The position numbers and the translations under genes are program-made. A stretch of DNA of 64,000 bases. It comes from Macrostomum lignano (Eukaryota). The notes under the pieces are model-generated. The model was not told the DNA's origin, made no database searches, and saw only the letters and a program-made list of their open reading frames with translations. Shown here piece by piece: positions 1 to 11,761 of the stretch; the stretch's first letter is position 1; every line of letters starts with the position of its first letter. The stretch is taken from contig NIVC01000739.1 in assembly GCA_002269645.1 (NCBI GenBank), forward strand, positions 1-64,000, given 5' to 3'.

Positions 1-779
1 TTGTCCTATCGTGAATTAAATGCAATAAAATATTTTGGAAACCGATTTCAGTTTGTCAGTCTGTTTTTACGGACAAACTGAAGCTCAGACATATGTAGAA
101 GGCCGTAACGCTTCACCACACAAATGATCGTGCAAATTTCTTGGCCGGCTTTCGCTACAAACGCATTAGCGTGATGAAAGCTTATAATATTTACAGCAGC
201 TAAATTCACAGCTTTTCACTTTCTGGACTTCCCATTCCAAACGAATTGATACATGTGTAAGTGTCCGATAGCGTTTTTCTCACAAGTAATTTTTTTTAAA
301 TTTTGAGAATTTTTACAACTTTTGACTGAATTTTTTTTAGTTAAGATTGCTGAAATTGAATGGATCCTTTCCGAATTCAATAGACGGTTGAACTAGCTAA
401 GTACGAACGTATAGAATTATGAAGAAGCATTTTTGTCAGCTTGCAAAAATATATTGTACTAGTAGAATCCCGAGTTCGTTAAAATTTAACAGAAAATTTT
501 AGCTAGTGGAGAGCAGCAATAACGCTTAAAATACGGCTGAACTTACTAAACATGTTCCGCAAAGATGCCCTCAGAAATGCTGAATGTCGACACACGCCAG
601 GCTGAATTTAGTCTGCCATGCATGCAGAAGCAGCGATTGCATGTTGAAGCAAGTTAGGGGGCTGCTGCAAAGCAGGCGGAGATGATGCGGCTACAGCGGC
701 TCTGCCCTGCGCGGCTACCTTGCTCAGAAGGCTTCCCCGGCAGACGAAAGCCAGTTTGGGTGTTGTCTATGGAGAGGTT

Positions 780-1410
780 CGGTGCTGCCGACTTCCTGTG
801 GATGAACGACAGTGCGCTGAAGCTTACATGTATTTGCTTGCTCCTGAAGCCTCGCTCCTAGAGGAAGGAAGGCGGTGAACTTATACGGACGTCCAACTTA
901 TGGGGACGGCCACCGCTACTTCGGCACTTCGGAGTTTTTGGCCTCGACGATGACCTCCTCGCCTTCCTGTCAACAATTAACTGTTATTAAGGCGCCCAGC
1001 GCCAGATCAATAGGCTGGTCTTGTGGTCAACACACTTAATACCGAGGTTCTCACCGTGTCGGCTGATTTCCCAGAGGACCTGTACGGTATACATGTATGC
1101 CTCAGCGCAGAAGACCATGCGCTCGCCCGCTGCCAGCGGTTCACCTACCTTGGCGGTCTGGTGCTCCACATAGAGGAGGACATCTGGCGGCGCATAGGAC
1201 TCGCCTGGGCGGCCTACTGATCAACCCACCGTCCTTCTCAGTCCCAACCTCTACAGGACGTCCCGCTATTCACCTTGCAGGGTATATTTAAATGGGGCCA
1301 AGCGGGATTCAGTCTATGTGTGGACAGCCTGCTTTGAGATGCCGGGACGCCCGACACCACTGGCGGGGCGGACTTCGTCGCACCGAGGCACGGCCATCTG
1401 ACGTATCCTG
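780..1410 (+). mobile_element. Degenerate RTE-like non-LTR retrotransposon fragment (RT C-terminus), same family as 19193-20110
   Basis: 1023-1220 reads VNTLNTEVL...LARCQRFTYLGGLV...RRIGLAWAAY, aligning with VNTQKTVVL...LPRCQQFVYLGGLV...RRRGLAWAAF of the 19-20 kb copy. ~1325-1385 (gacagcctgctttgagatgccgggacgcccgacaccactggcggggcggacttcg) matches that copy's DCLLADAGAPDTAGGAAF end. Stops, frameshifts and an internal deletion are present. Confidence 0.8.
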
Positions 1411-2949
1411 ACCGCGTGACCTTACTGGGCTGCATCTTTTGTTGTTCTATTGGCATTATGGTTTAACAAAAACAATAATAGACATGTGCATATACACATA
1501 CATTAGATATCCCTATCATCTACATGTATGCGAGAAGTTGCATGTTATCTGCGCAGGGTATTGCATGCACGTACATGTTCTACTGTGAAAAAGGACAAAG
1601 TAAACGAAGTATATTTGGGGGGTCGCCGTCATACTCGTAAGCTAGAAAAATCACATCGCCGAAACAGGGCTCCACAAAAGCTCGAAAAGTCACAAGCTTG
1701 AAAAGTTACATCGTCTAAAACTGATTTACCAACCACCACCCACAAGCTCAAAGTCACTGTAGTGCTCTTGTGTGGGCGTAGAAGTTGGGCTCTCATGGCC
1801 GTATATTTAAGCATTTACATATACTAGTTTGAGCACATGCGAGCTAGTGAGCACAACGTGCCACTGTTGCGTACCAGTGCAAGGGCGTACATGTACACGC
1901 GATGCCGAGGCACGTGGGGAAGGCTAAAGCGAGGAGCAAAGGAGAGACGCGACATAACAGTGCACTACAGTTGTAGAGTGTTCTACTTCCCACAAAAAAT
2001 CATAAAAATTGTTAGCATACTACTTACATACATACTACTTTCGGTCGAAGAAGTGAATTGCGCAAGCAAACATTGAGAACAATGGGATCCATGAGAAATC
2101 TTAGGAAGAGAATAATAGCATGAGAAAGGCTGCGCAAGAGGAGGTTAATGAGTCATCGGGGTGAGGGAGGGGTCAGGAGCCTTGCGTCACCATTTGGGAT
2201 CCTTAAAGGAGATTGAGGTGACGATGAGCACAAGCGATACTCTAAGTAGGCACGGGACAAGGAGGACACAGCGCAAGTAAACCGTGCTAAAACGTGATAA
2301 AAAGATGGGAAGCACGAGAAATACATGATAAATGGGTGGGGTGCATGAGAAATGGGAAAGCAGGCGAGGTACGCAAAAAAAGGGGGCTTCGGAAAGGCAA
2401 GTGTGGCCGAGTGGGAGACGGAACAGAGACAGCAGGAGGTCGCGACAGAGCGTGAGTCAGGTGTCCTGGTCAGGGACTCGGCCCAGTCTCTACAGCTCTG
2501 CCCAGTAGGGATCTGGGATAGTTCGAAAAATTTCCCTACATGATTCCGCGACCAAAACGTGGTTACATCATAATAATATTAATAATAAAAAATAATAATA
2601 TCACGCCCCGCACCGACCACAGAAGTGGCCAAAAAGGAGGGGCGTCAAATCGTGCGCTTTAGGACAAGATCTCTCTACATGTAGTAATGTACGCTCGTAA
2701 TTCCGCTATTATAGACAACAAAATTTGGTAGCAGTGTCAGGGACTAATCAATAACTAGAGCTGAGAAATTGCAAAAGTTGGAGGCCAATCTATAAATGAC
2801 TCAGTTCTCAAAAAGCATTACTTGGATATGTTTTTTACCACATACACAGACTAGCATTATTAATGTTTTAGTAGTTTAAGAAATCGCAGTGAAATTTAAT
2901 ACAAAATGAAATACGTATAAGTTCTTTCCGTTTCTTTACTTCTTTGGTC

Positions 2950-3622
2950 CAAACCGCTTGGCTGAGAACTCGTTTCTTGGCCGAGGCGTAGCCGAGACAG
3001 CCGCGCCGAGTGGTTTATGCGGACGCCAATGGGACGGCACACCCTGGCTGACACTGTCAAGACTTTAGTGAACGATGTTTCGCCTGGTAATGGTACACGC
3101 TACACTAATCAAAGTCTACGCAAGACCTGCGCTACCACCCTGAACGAGGCTGGCGTGCAACGAGCTGACATAGCACGTGTGACCGGGCACAGTAGCAACG
3201 CTTTAGAGCGCTACATTGGCATCTCAATGAGTCAAGAGAAAACTTTCAGCGCCATCCTAGCTGGATCTGCAGCTGCTGAAACGAAACCGGAAAGTGCAGC
3301 AAAAACCGAGCCGGCCGGGGCTGGAGACGAGATGGACGGTGGCGTTGGCAGTGGTCAACCAAGGGTGAAGAGAATGCGCCTGGAGGTGTGTGGCGATACA
3401 AACAAAGAGAGCATCTATTTCGAATGATTGAATGATTGAAGTGACAAAATACAGCATCGTAAAAAAATTTCTTTCTTTAATATTGCATTGTTAATGTTGT
3501 TTTATTACTTCACTTTCTGATAATAAATATACTGTTGTTGAGTTGATTTCTCTGGCCCGGACCGCTGTTTCTTTGGCCGGGCCAAAGAAAGAATTGTTGC
3601 ATTGAACCATAGATATATATGG
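2950..3622 (+). mobile_element. Crypton-like (DUF3504-type) tyrosine recombinase C-terminal fragment plus putative 3' terminus
   Basis: EWFMRTPMGRHTL...RYTNQSLRKTCATTL...IARVTGHSSNALERY matches the Crypton YR pattern WY..P.G..TL / YTNHSLR.T / TGH.S...+..Y, with the H of HxxR replaced by Q. No N-terminal half is visible. Boundaries are approximate. Confidence 0.7.
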
Positions 3623-6600
3623 AGCATCCACAATGATGAGTAGGTACTTGCCCTCTATCGGACCGGCAAAATCAATGTGCACTCGCTCCCAGGGGTTGTC
3701 AGGTTCTGGCCACGAGTGCCGAAAGTTCTTATTTCTGGACTTGTACGCGTTGCACACGTTGCATCGTCCAATGTAGTCAGCGATGTCACGGTCCATCTGT
3801 TGCCACCAGAACAGTTTCCTCAAAATCGACTTTGACTTTTCTACCCAAGGTGCGTTGAGTGTACAGCTGCCAGGGCAGTTTCTCTCAGGACACGAGGCAA
3901 TACAATTCTATTCATTCTGTAAATAATTCCATCATTGACAGTTAGCTCATCTTGAACCTTTGAGTAGCTGAGTAGGTGTGGGTCGTCAAATAGATTATTG
4001 TTAATTATGGCTGCGCCCAGGCATCTGAACTCCGGGTCCTCTCTGGTTGCGTGTGCAATGCGATCCAGCTGAATTACTCCCGGGTTGTCAGCTTCGAGGA
4101 GTCCGATCGATGCTGTCTGTGCATTCGGCTTAGCGGGCACCAGTCGAGATAGCGCATCCGACAGCATTAGCTTTGATGGTCGATACTGTATGTCATAGTC
4201 ATAAGCAGCTAGTATAATTACCCATCGTTGTAGTCGAGCTGAAACTCTGGTGGGCAGCTGTTTGTCTGGCGCGAATATGTATGTGAGGGGCCGGTGATCA
4301 GTTATCAGTGTGAACCTCCGGCATACAAGAACCGATGGCATCTTTGAATGCACCAAACCAGTGCCAGGCCTTCACGCTCTATTTGCGAATATTTTGTTTC
4401 GGCGTCAGACAGAGTCTTGCTCATGTACAGCACGACTTGACCGCTTTGTGTCAACACTCCGCCCAGAGCTCGCTGAGAACTGTCGCATTCCAGTTCAATG
4501 GGATTCTCCGGATCAAATATTTGAAGACTCGATTGATCAGAGTGACCTTGATTTCGTCAAATGCTATTTGACACTCCTTTGTCCACACGAAGTCCTCATT
4601 TTTCTTTCTTAGTCGATTGAGAGGCTTGGTCAGTGCAGCTAGGTTTCTGATGAACTTGCCGCTAAAATTTACGAGACCCAGGAAGGATTTAAGCTCGCCA
4701 ACGTTCTGCGGTGGTGTCATGTCCTGGATTGCCTTCACTTTGGCTGGGTCCGGCTTGAGCTGATCTCCTTCCAATAAGTAGCCTAGAAACTTGATCGAAG
4801 TCTTGCGGAATTCACTTTTTGCCGTGTTGATATTCAATCCTTGCTGGTTTAGTCGATGCAATACTTCCGTCTCACGAACTGCCAATTGTTCTACGCCTTT
4901 GCCGCATATCAATATGTCGTCTACGTAGGCAATGACGCCAGGAATTCCTTGTAGGACTTGGCTAATGTACCGCTGGAAGATCGCAGGTGCTGTTTTCACT
5001 CCGAACGGAAGCTTGTTGAAAGCGAACATCCCAAATGGTGTTGAAATTACTGTCAGCTCTTTGGAAGCTTCATCTAGTGGGATCTGGTGATAAGCTTTCT
5101 CTAGGTCCAGACGAGTGTATATCCGGCTGCCAGCAGCAGTTGCAATCACTTCGTCAGGTGCAGGCATCGGATATGAATCGTTGATAAGATGAGAATTGAT
5201 TGTCACCTTGTAGTCGACGCAAAGTCTGAGCTTTCCAGAAGGTTTCTTGACCACGACAATTGGTGAGGCCCATTCACTGAACTTGACGGGCTTGATGGTG
5301 TCTTCTTCAAGCAACCGATCGATTTCATCCTTGACTCCCTGTCTGAGTGCGAAGGGTAGCGGCCTGGGTTTGCAATGAATTGGAGTGGTTCCTTCCTTGA
5401 TCTTAAGAGTTACTGGTGGAAATTCGCATGACTGGGTTGCCGATGTGCAGCTGTTGTCTACAGCGTTTAGCGTGAAATTGAGCTTGTCTTGGCCAACCAG
5501 AACAAAGTTCCTCTGCGATTCCACAATGAAGAATGTGATTGGAATGAACTCGTCATTGTACTCCAACTCAGTGTCGTGTGTTCCAAAGACCTTCATCTGC
5601 GTATCAGCGTATGTTGTCAGAACAGTGTCTGTAGGTGTCAGCTTTGGACAACCCAATCGTTTCCAGATCGTTTTTGACATTACCGAAACTCCTGCCCCAG
5701 TATCGATTTGTGCGTTCACGCTAAGCATCGACCCGCTCGTGTGTCTGAGCCTAACAGGCACGGTGTAGCTATCAACGGGATGTCGAATGTGAAAACAATC
5801 CTCCTGTTCAGCTTCGCTTGCATCTACAAAGCTTGTGGTCCTTGGCCACACTGCAGCTCGCCTAAATTGACCAGATGCTGACGGGCTTTTGAACGATTTT
5901 CGGCCTTTGCCAAAACCAGTTGATTTCGTTTTGCAAACTGTTGCGAAGTGGTTTTGCATGCCACATTTGTTGCACGTTTTTCCTTTCGCAGGACACCCTC
6001 CATTGGAGCCATGCATTGTGCCACATCTGCCACACTTGGAGCTTGTAGAGTGGGAGCCTCTGGCCACCGATGCTGAAATTTTCATTACTTCAGAAGACTG
6101 CGGCTGACTGGTGCAACCCTTTAGTATTTGCGTTTGTGATAGGTTCTGGTGCGCCTCAGCGATGTTGATAGCTGTCTCAAACGTGAGAGTGCTGAAGTCC
6201 TGTTCCAATAACTTGCTGATGGCCACCTTGTCATTCAAACCGAATACGAGCTGATCTCTCAGTCTCTCATCTCTGGATAGGCCAAACTGACGCTTGTCTG
6301 CCTGCATGCAGAGTTGCTGTGCATACTCACGAATGCTCATTGATGCCGTGCGAGTGATATGCTGGAAATTGAATCTCTCAGCCATGACGAACGTCTTTGG
6401 TTCCAGGATGCTGGCCAGTAGTTTGGTCAGTTCATCGAAGCTCTTTTCTCCCGGCTTCTTGGGAGCGGCTCGATCTGCCAATGCGTCGTACAGCTTGGTG
6501 CTGAGCTTCATCAGCAGCAGCTTGTTTTTCGTGTCGTCCTGCCAGCCGTTGAGTTCGCTGCACAGTGTGAATCGGTCCAACCACCTCTGGAAGTTCGAAC

Positions 6601-6801
6601 TTTCATCGAGTTTTTCGATGTCAACTTGCTGTCCTCTCGATACTTGTGCGCTTGGGTTCTGCGCTGTCGCTGTTGCCGACTTTGTCGCTTGGACTGATTT
6701 CGACGAGATAGCAAGCGGTGGTGCTTTGTCGCTCGAAACCGTTTTACCAACTCCTTTAGTTGGCGATGCTGGCGTACTTCCAGGCAATTTCGTAGCCTAT
6801 G

Positions 6802-6814
6802 CTTGCCGACGCCA
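6802..6814 (-). promoter_or_regulatory. Primer-binding site of the Gypsy element
   Basis: Minus strand TGGCGTCGGCAAG begins 1 nt after the LTR end (...CAACA g TGGCG), complementary to a tRNA ...CGCCA 3' end. The tRNA identity is not established. Confidence 0.6.
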
Positions 6815-6815
6815 C

Positions 6816-6973
6816 TGTTGTGCTTTTGGCTTTAGCCTTTAGCAATTGTCAGTCTAGCGGTCTGTTGACCTCTGACGCGTCTATCATTTATTTCATAACT
6901 CAATAGCATGGTTCAATTCATCAACGCAGTCGCGTAACAAAAATGTCTATGGCTAAGCCATCAACCCACAACA
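6816..6973 (-). repeat. Putative 5' LTR (158 bp) of the Gypsy element
   Basis: Bounded by the inverted termini tgttgtg (6816) and cacaaca (6967-6973). Contains AATAAA on the minus strand. Directly followed on the minus strand by a PBS-like TGGCG. Confidence 0.65.
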
Positions 6974-7510
6974 ATCAGTTCATCAATTTTTACGAGCTAC
7001 TCAAGATGCCAAGTGCTGATCGCCAATCAACTCTGTAGCACATGCCACAATACTGCAATTCTTTTCAGTTGCTCTGTGACAACCAATGAAAACGTCCTTT
7101 TAACACAGACATTATTATAGTTGTTGCTCTTCAGGCTGCCATAAATGCCATAAAGCGAAAGAGATGGAAAGCAGTCGGAGAGTACCCAGCTATGCAGGCA
7201 GTTTGTCTATTGCAGTGGTTTCTTTCGGTAGCGCAATGTTCTTTGAATTTGTTTTGATTCATTTACCTGGCTCATAAATTGAGTCTTATTCAGCTTTTAG
7301 AGCCCGTGACAATAGTGAATCTAACCCTGACAAGTTCCTCTTTATCGTTGGCGTCTCAAGGCTAGGTAGCATTGAGCAGTCGAGGCGCTGTAAGAGAAAA
7401 GGTTACCATAAAGAATGCCTAAAGCATTCAGACCTTCTTCGACCACGTTTTCGGGGCTCTGTTTATTGGAGGTTAGGAAACACGAGCTTCCAGCCTCAGT
7501 CATGCGGGTC

Positions 7511-7516
7511 TATAAA
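7511..7516 (+). promoter_or_regulatory. TATA box of the prepro-peptide gene
   Basis: TATAAA about 100 bp upstream of the ATG at 7617. Confidence 0.55.
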
Positions 7517-7616
7517 TTCAAGCCCCCTTGAGCTCCCAACAGCTCAAGACCCAAGTCGAGAATCGGCTCTGCAAATCGAATCTCTCTGAGCTCAAAATTC
7601 AACAACAGCAGCAGTC

Positions 7617-7874
7617 ATGAAGTGGCAGTTCGCCCTCGGTCTCCTCCTCTGCGTGGCGCTGGCGGTCTACGCCAACCCGGCTGAGCGCGAAGACAACGAC
7701 GACCTGGACGAGGGGCCCAACGACGACCTGGCCGACATGGACCAACCGGAGCTGGATGATTCCAACGAAGACGCCCATCCGGAATTGAAGTGGTTTAGCA
7801 GGTGGTTCCGGATTACGTATCGCAGGCGTGGGGGCGAGCGCCGCTACCTTCGTTCCTACTTCCGCTTGGGCTGA
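7617..7874 (+). CDS. Secreted prepro-peptide (signal + acidic propiece + cationic Arg/aromatic C-terminal peptide ending in Gly); candidate antimicrobial peptide or neuropeptide precursor
   Basis: Residues 1-19 form a hydrophobic signal (MKWQFALGLLLCVALAVYA). Residues 20-57 contain 17 D/E out of 38. Residues 58-85 (KWFSRWFRITYRRRGGERRYLRSYFRLG) have net charge about +9. True ATG, upstream TATA, GC-rich codon usage, single exon. Confidence 0.85.
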   Translation: MKWQFALGLLLCVALAVYANPAEREDNDDLDEGPNDDLADMDQPELDDSNEDAHPELKWFSRWFRITYRRRGGERRYLRSYFRLG

Positions 7875-8190
7875 ACAACCCGAGCGTCTTCTGACTGATC
7901 GCATTGGAAATTGATAGCTAAATCAGCTGAACACTGCTTTACTTGTAAAAATTGCAGACCAAAGTGACTGCTCAACATCGCGGACATTCACAAATATACT
8001 ACTAGGCTTATTCTTATATTATATTATTATAAACCAAATCTTCGATTTTAATTGTTGGAATGGATTCATTAAATTGTTGGTGCTTTTACGTTTTCAAGGA
8101 TTTGTAATGGAAATTCATCGAAAAGCCAGCTGGGATACCGAATGCCAGAATAACAAGCAGCGATCGAGAAGTTGAATCAGTCATATGTGA

Positions 8191-8351
8191 GGTAGATTCT
8201 GTAATGGGTGAGATACGCTCGTATAGATAGATTCGGTTATGGGTGAGATAGATTCGGTAATGGGTGAGATACGCTAGTATATATAGATAGATTCGGTAAT
8301 GGGTGAGATAGATTCGGTAATGGGTGAGATAGACTCGGTAATGAGTGAGAT
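8191..8351. repeat. Short tandem array, 21-bp unit gatagattcggtaatgggtga
   Basis: About 6 imperfect copies visible. Confidence 0.85.
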
Positions 8352-8704
8352 TACTAGCATATACTGTCTTACATAACAAACTTGAAGCCACGAAGAACAT
8401 TAATACACGATTGATGGTCGCAAGCCCTTGGCAGTGAGAATTTTGAGCAAGTAAATTTGAAATAAAGTAAGAACACCTTATGCAGAGTACGGTTGGGTGG
8501 GCCGAAAATGACCCCCATTCAAACCCCGTCTTGGGTTTTTTCGAGTATTCTGTCTAGACGGCTTTTATTCTACCCTCTCTTTTAGAGCTTTTCTCATCTG
8601 CTTAGACTTAGAATGAAATAAATGAAAAAGTAATTGTAGCTCAGGCTAGTGGCATATGCCGTCTTAAGGACCAAACAGGACTGACATAGAAAACTAATAT
8701 GAGT

Positions 8705-9452
8705 ATGTCAGAGTGACCATATGAATCAGAAAATTGGCATGTCAAATAGTGACCCAGTGTGTCAGAAAATGATTTTGCATGTCAAAGTGACCCAGTGTGT
8801 CAGTCAGGAGGCACGTTAGAGAGTGACACAATGAGTCAGAGAGTGATTTGGCATGTCAAAAAGTGATACAGTGTGTCATAAAATGATTTGGAACGTCAAA
8901 GAGTGACCCAGTGTGCCAGGGAGTGATTTTTCACGTCAAAGAGGGACCCTGTGTGTCAGGGAGTGATTTAGCACGTCAGAGAGTGACCCTGTGTGTCAGG
9001 GAGTGATTTTGCACGTCAGAGAGTGACCCAGTGTGCCAGGGAGTGATTTTGCACGTCAGAGAGTGACACAATGAGTCAGGGAGTAATTTTGCATGTCAGA
9101 GAGTGACACAATGAGTCAGGGAGTAATTTTGCATGTCAGAGAGTGACACAATGAGTCAGAAAGTGATTTGGCACGTCAGAAAGTGATCTGGTGTGTCAGG
9201 GAGTGATTTTGCATGTTAGAGAGTGACACAATGAGTCAGAAAGTGATTTGGCACGTCAGAGAGTGATCTGGTGTGTCAGGGAGTGATTTTGCATGTTAGA
9301 GAGTGACACAATGAGTCAGAAAGTGATTTGGCAAGTCAGAGAGTGACCCGGTGTTTCAAGGAGTGATTTAGCACGTCAGAGAGTGACAGAATGAGTCAGA
9401 GAGTGATTTGGCACGTCAGAGAGTGACCCGGTGTGTCAGGGAGTGATTTGGC
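8705..9452. repeat. Minisatellite, ~40-bp unit (two ~20-bp subunits), e.g. gagagtgacacaatgagtcagggagtgattttgcacgtca
   Basis: 40-bp periodicity is directly visible. Confidence 0.9.
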
Positions 9453-9989
9453 ATAAAATTATTATGTAAAGAGCAGAGATTTGTCAAGCTTCAGTTACAT
9501 AAAATGGGTTTCTATGAGACGTCGTTTAAAGGGATGACAAAAAACAAAAGTATAATATTTATCCTGCACGTGATCAACCCATATCTCAGCAAAAATATAT
9601 AGTAGCATTGAACACTAACACAAGAGTAGTAGAAGCAAGCTACACTTAATTTTCTTAGAAATGAAATGAAGCCGAAAATGAATGCACACTGGTACATTTG
9701 TCGTATCGCTAGTACATTTAGGGGCCTCTCTCCGAAAACGGACCGTTGAGTTTGCACCGAGCATCATTCGGCCCTGCGGTCTAACGTGCTGAAGCAGAAG
9801 ACCGCTCGTGAGCGTCTCTACCAGCTGTAGGGCAGCATCTGTCGCGTCATCACACAGGTGCATACCCATCAACCCCACTTCGAGGGGCTGAACGCTATCC
9901 TAAATTCGCCTCCGCTTCATAAGTTTATTAGGGCCAATGCTATGATATCGGTGATAAAACGTTAAATGACACACTTTCTGGCTTTTATG

Positions 9990-10680
9990 CCAATGAAAAC
10001 TCTAATCCCGCATATGGATTTCGTCCTTCGCGACCTTACCAACATCCACATCGACCCGTACATTGTGAATAGTCGCCTCCCCGCTCTCAACATCAGGAGG
10101 GACTTCCAGACCGCACCTCAGACAGCAGCACCTCACTGGATGTCGGTGCGTCACTGACGGCTCATTGTTTAACGGCCGCGCTGGAGCGGGTATCGCCATC
10201 TTCCACCATCGAGGGTAAGATGCTCTTCCAGGAAAGTCTGCACCTCAGTGAGAACATCCCGGTTTTCCCAGCCGAAACATGAGTCATTGAGCAGTGTGCC
10301 CAGCACCTACTCTAGCTAGGCGAACATCAAGAAATTCAATATTTATTTGTTACACTGATAGCCAAATTTCCACTGCTACAGTATCTCAATACCACCGCAG
10401 TGTGCAGTCTCTCTCAGTCCTTAACAGGATTATAATCATATGGACAACCAGTCACAGCAATATCCAGCTGCGTAACGTGCTGTGGATTCATCTCTCCTAA
10501 GGAGAGTAGCAACCCAGACAGAAACCACCGTATGATGAGGCTACCCATACGTAGGACGCAAATCTCCCACAATACCACATCAGGTGGCTGCACCAGCAAC
10601 ACCAGCTGCATCGGAACAGTTGCACCGACTACAGGCAGGTGTGCATGGTCCTAAAATGGTTATGGATTCTTCCAGACATA
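9990..10680 (+). mobile_element. Degenerate non-LTR retrotransposon relic with RNase H
   Basis: Across frameshifts: [19 protein letters not shown] (10147-), LHLSENIPVFPAET*VIEQCAQHL, ICYTDSQ, NRIIIIWTTSHSNI. These are the ordered RNase HI motifs DGS / E / D / W..H found in RNase H-bearing LINEs. Confidence 0.7.
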
Positions 10681-11761
10681 TCTCGTTGTAAACCGGTTGC
10701 CCTTCCACTTTTTCTTTTTTCTTTTTTTCTTTTCTTCTTTTTTCATTTTTCATTTTTGTCTTATTACCGAGAGTAGTACACTGAGCATGAGATCACGATA
10801 AAAATACAATTCGAAAGTAAAAAAGTAGCAATGCAATTTAAAAATAAACCTCTAACCATTAAGTTGAGTACGTCAGGTAGCATTGTCGAGAGTAAATGTG
10901 CAGAAATACAAAATTGTGCTTTATTTAGAATCCGAAACTTTCATACTTGGGTTAAATAAATGCCTGACGGTCTTTAGTCGAATGGTTGTGACAAAGTTGT
11001 GAAATAGTTGTGGAATAGTTGTCTATTAGCTGTGATGTCCTTGTTTTGAATTAAAAATGATCCCGGCTCTAATGTCAGAGCTAAAGGTTAAAAAACTACA
11101 ACGGACGGCCATCGAAAAAGTAGCTATCTACTTTTAAAAGTAGAAAACATTAAATATAGAAATATAAATCATAGAAAATTTTGTTTAAAAATTGCTAATG
11201 AAAAGTGTAATATACGAGCTACGAGCTTATATACCCAATTCACTTAACTTCTCCTAATACTCTGTCGCAAATATCCTTCCAATCGCGATTCTAACATTTC
11301 TTCAAACGGAACTACTAATAACTAACAGTGGTCTAAAAGTAGTCTTGCTTGTCTGCCCTATAGAATTTTTTTTATTATTTATGTTATTTATATAACAAAC
11401 ATGCCTGCATTAAAAAGCTAATAAAAATTTGCGCATTTCTTAATACCGACATGAGTGCAGGTATAAGTTTTTTAATGGTGGGATTCCAGTACCCATATAT
11501 TTGAAGCAAACGTTTAGAGCAAATGAATTATTTTTTTTTCAGAGTGGCTGAACACTATATAAAGAGCAATAAATATCCGTTTTTCACGAAAATTAAAAAT
11601 CTTCACAAAATGATGAGGTCTGATGACACAAAACAAACAAACCAAAGAACTATACCAATGATAGTCTTCCGAGCAAACATCTAGTTAGTACATGTAATAA
11701 TATATTAGGAAACATTTTTTGTAAAAATTGGGGAAAGCTTTCGCTCCGTACCGTCAGTCCC

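Larger units (their letters stand above)
3621..6973 (-). mobile_element. Ty3/Gypsy LTR retrotransposon, 3'-truncated within integrase
   Basis: ORF 6787-4451 has gag with two CCHC-like knuckles (CGRCGTMH...C; CNKCGMQNHFATVC), protease (IDTGAG) and RT (LCVDY, YVDDILI). RNase H follows (ECDSSQRALGGVL; TDHRPL), then integrase H-H-C-C and WERVHIDFAGP, cut after IIVDA at ~3621. Three -1 frameshifts (~4525, ~4320, ~3843). No 3' LTR is visible. Confidence 0.95.

Noticed and set aside
3843-4530. Programmed ribosomal frameshifting in Gypsy pol
   Set aside because: The shifts fall inside RNase H and integrase rather than at gag/pol, show no slippery heptamer, and look like single-base losses.
11611-11650. 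CTGATGA as a hammerhead ribozyme core (also ~44321)
   Set aside because: No stem II or GAAA in the required geometry.
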